Assembly: GCA_964510435.1 (NCBI GenBank)
Contig: CAZEBU010000001.1
Location: 234,503 to 298,502 of the forward strand
DNA from: an uncultured Candidatus Saccharibacteria bacterium
Lineage (GTDB): Bacteria; Patescibacteriota; WWE3; UBA101185; UBA10185
DNA: 64,000 bases
Reading direction: 5' to 3'
Under the pieces are notes generated by a model. It had not been told where the DNA came from and did no database searches. It was given only the letters and a program-made list of their open reading frames with translations. The position numbers and the translations under genes are program-made. Positions 63,817-64,000 of this stretch are shown piece after piece (positions within the stretch are counted from its first letter, which is position 1; each line of letters begins with the position of its first letter).

Positions 63817-64000
63817 CCGCTAAGCATCCAGTCCTAGGAGGGATACCCCTTCCGGGGGACTGAATACTCGCCTGATAGGCGTAATAATTAGCGGTTGATG
63901 ATTTGTAGCATTATAATATAGCAAGGTAAGATATTAGTAAATCTATATAAGTATGAAAAATGAAAATGAAATAATAAATCCTCCCGACCCACGGGATTTT

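Noticed and set aside
1-64000. CRISPR arrays, rRNA genes, integrases and transposases
   Set aside because: Scanned for regularly spaced direct repeats, rRNA signatures, and tyrosine- or serine-recombinase or DDE motifs. None were found in this window.

Overview
This 64-kb window looks like a contiguous chromosome segment from an AT-rich, small-genome bacterium. Gene content and style (short valS, archaeal-type FBP aldolase/phosphatase, many membrane-anchored proteins, several GT-C glycosyltransferases, weak RBSs) fit Patescibacteria/CPR. This placement is an inference from sequence alone.

Housekeeping genes I can support:
- valS, rplY (Ctc-type L25), smpB followed by a tmRNA (ssrA), a ComFC-like gene, dnaG–rpoD, pgi, FBP aldolase/phosphatase.
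- S1, S41 and M16 peptidases, a GH1 β-glucosidase, a thermonuclease, a YbaK-like deacylase.
- Five tRNAs: Ser-GCT, Arg, Ala-CGC, Ser-CGA, Ser-GGA.

No rRNA, CRISPR array, integrase or transposase was seen.

The most striking region is an accessory locus at about 8.1–18.9 kb, immediately upstream of smpB–ssrA. It contains:
- four tandem paralogous small two-helix proteins that look like VirB2/TrbC pilins;
- a 212-aa bitopic protein;
- a 1075-aa protein with a C-terminal HExxH domain;
- a 477-aa polytopic membrane protein resembling VirB6/TrbL;
- a 1210-aa Cys-rich secreted giant with Asp-rich Ca-binding-like repeats.
Together this is a candidate type-IV-secretion-like or surface-appendage and host-interaction system. 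No ATPase genes lie in the window.

Other notable regions:
- A higher-GC three-gene islet sits beside a tRNA cluster, each gene with its own strong terminator.
- Several isolated higher-GC genes are scattered through the window, consistent with horizontal acquisition.
- Four copies of a conserved terminator-plus-promoter module lie between minus-strand accessory genes at 52–59 kb.
- A tightly overlapping three-gene operon of unknown function sits at 60.1–62.1 kb.
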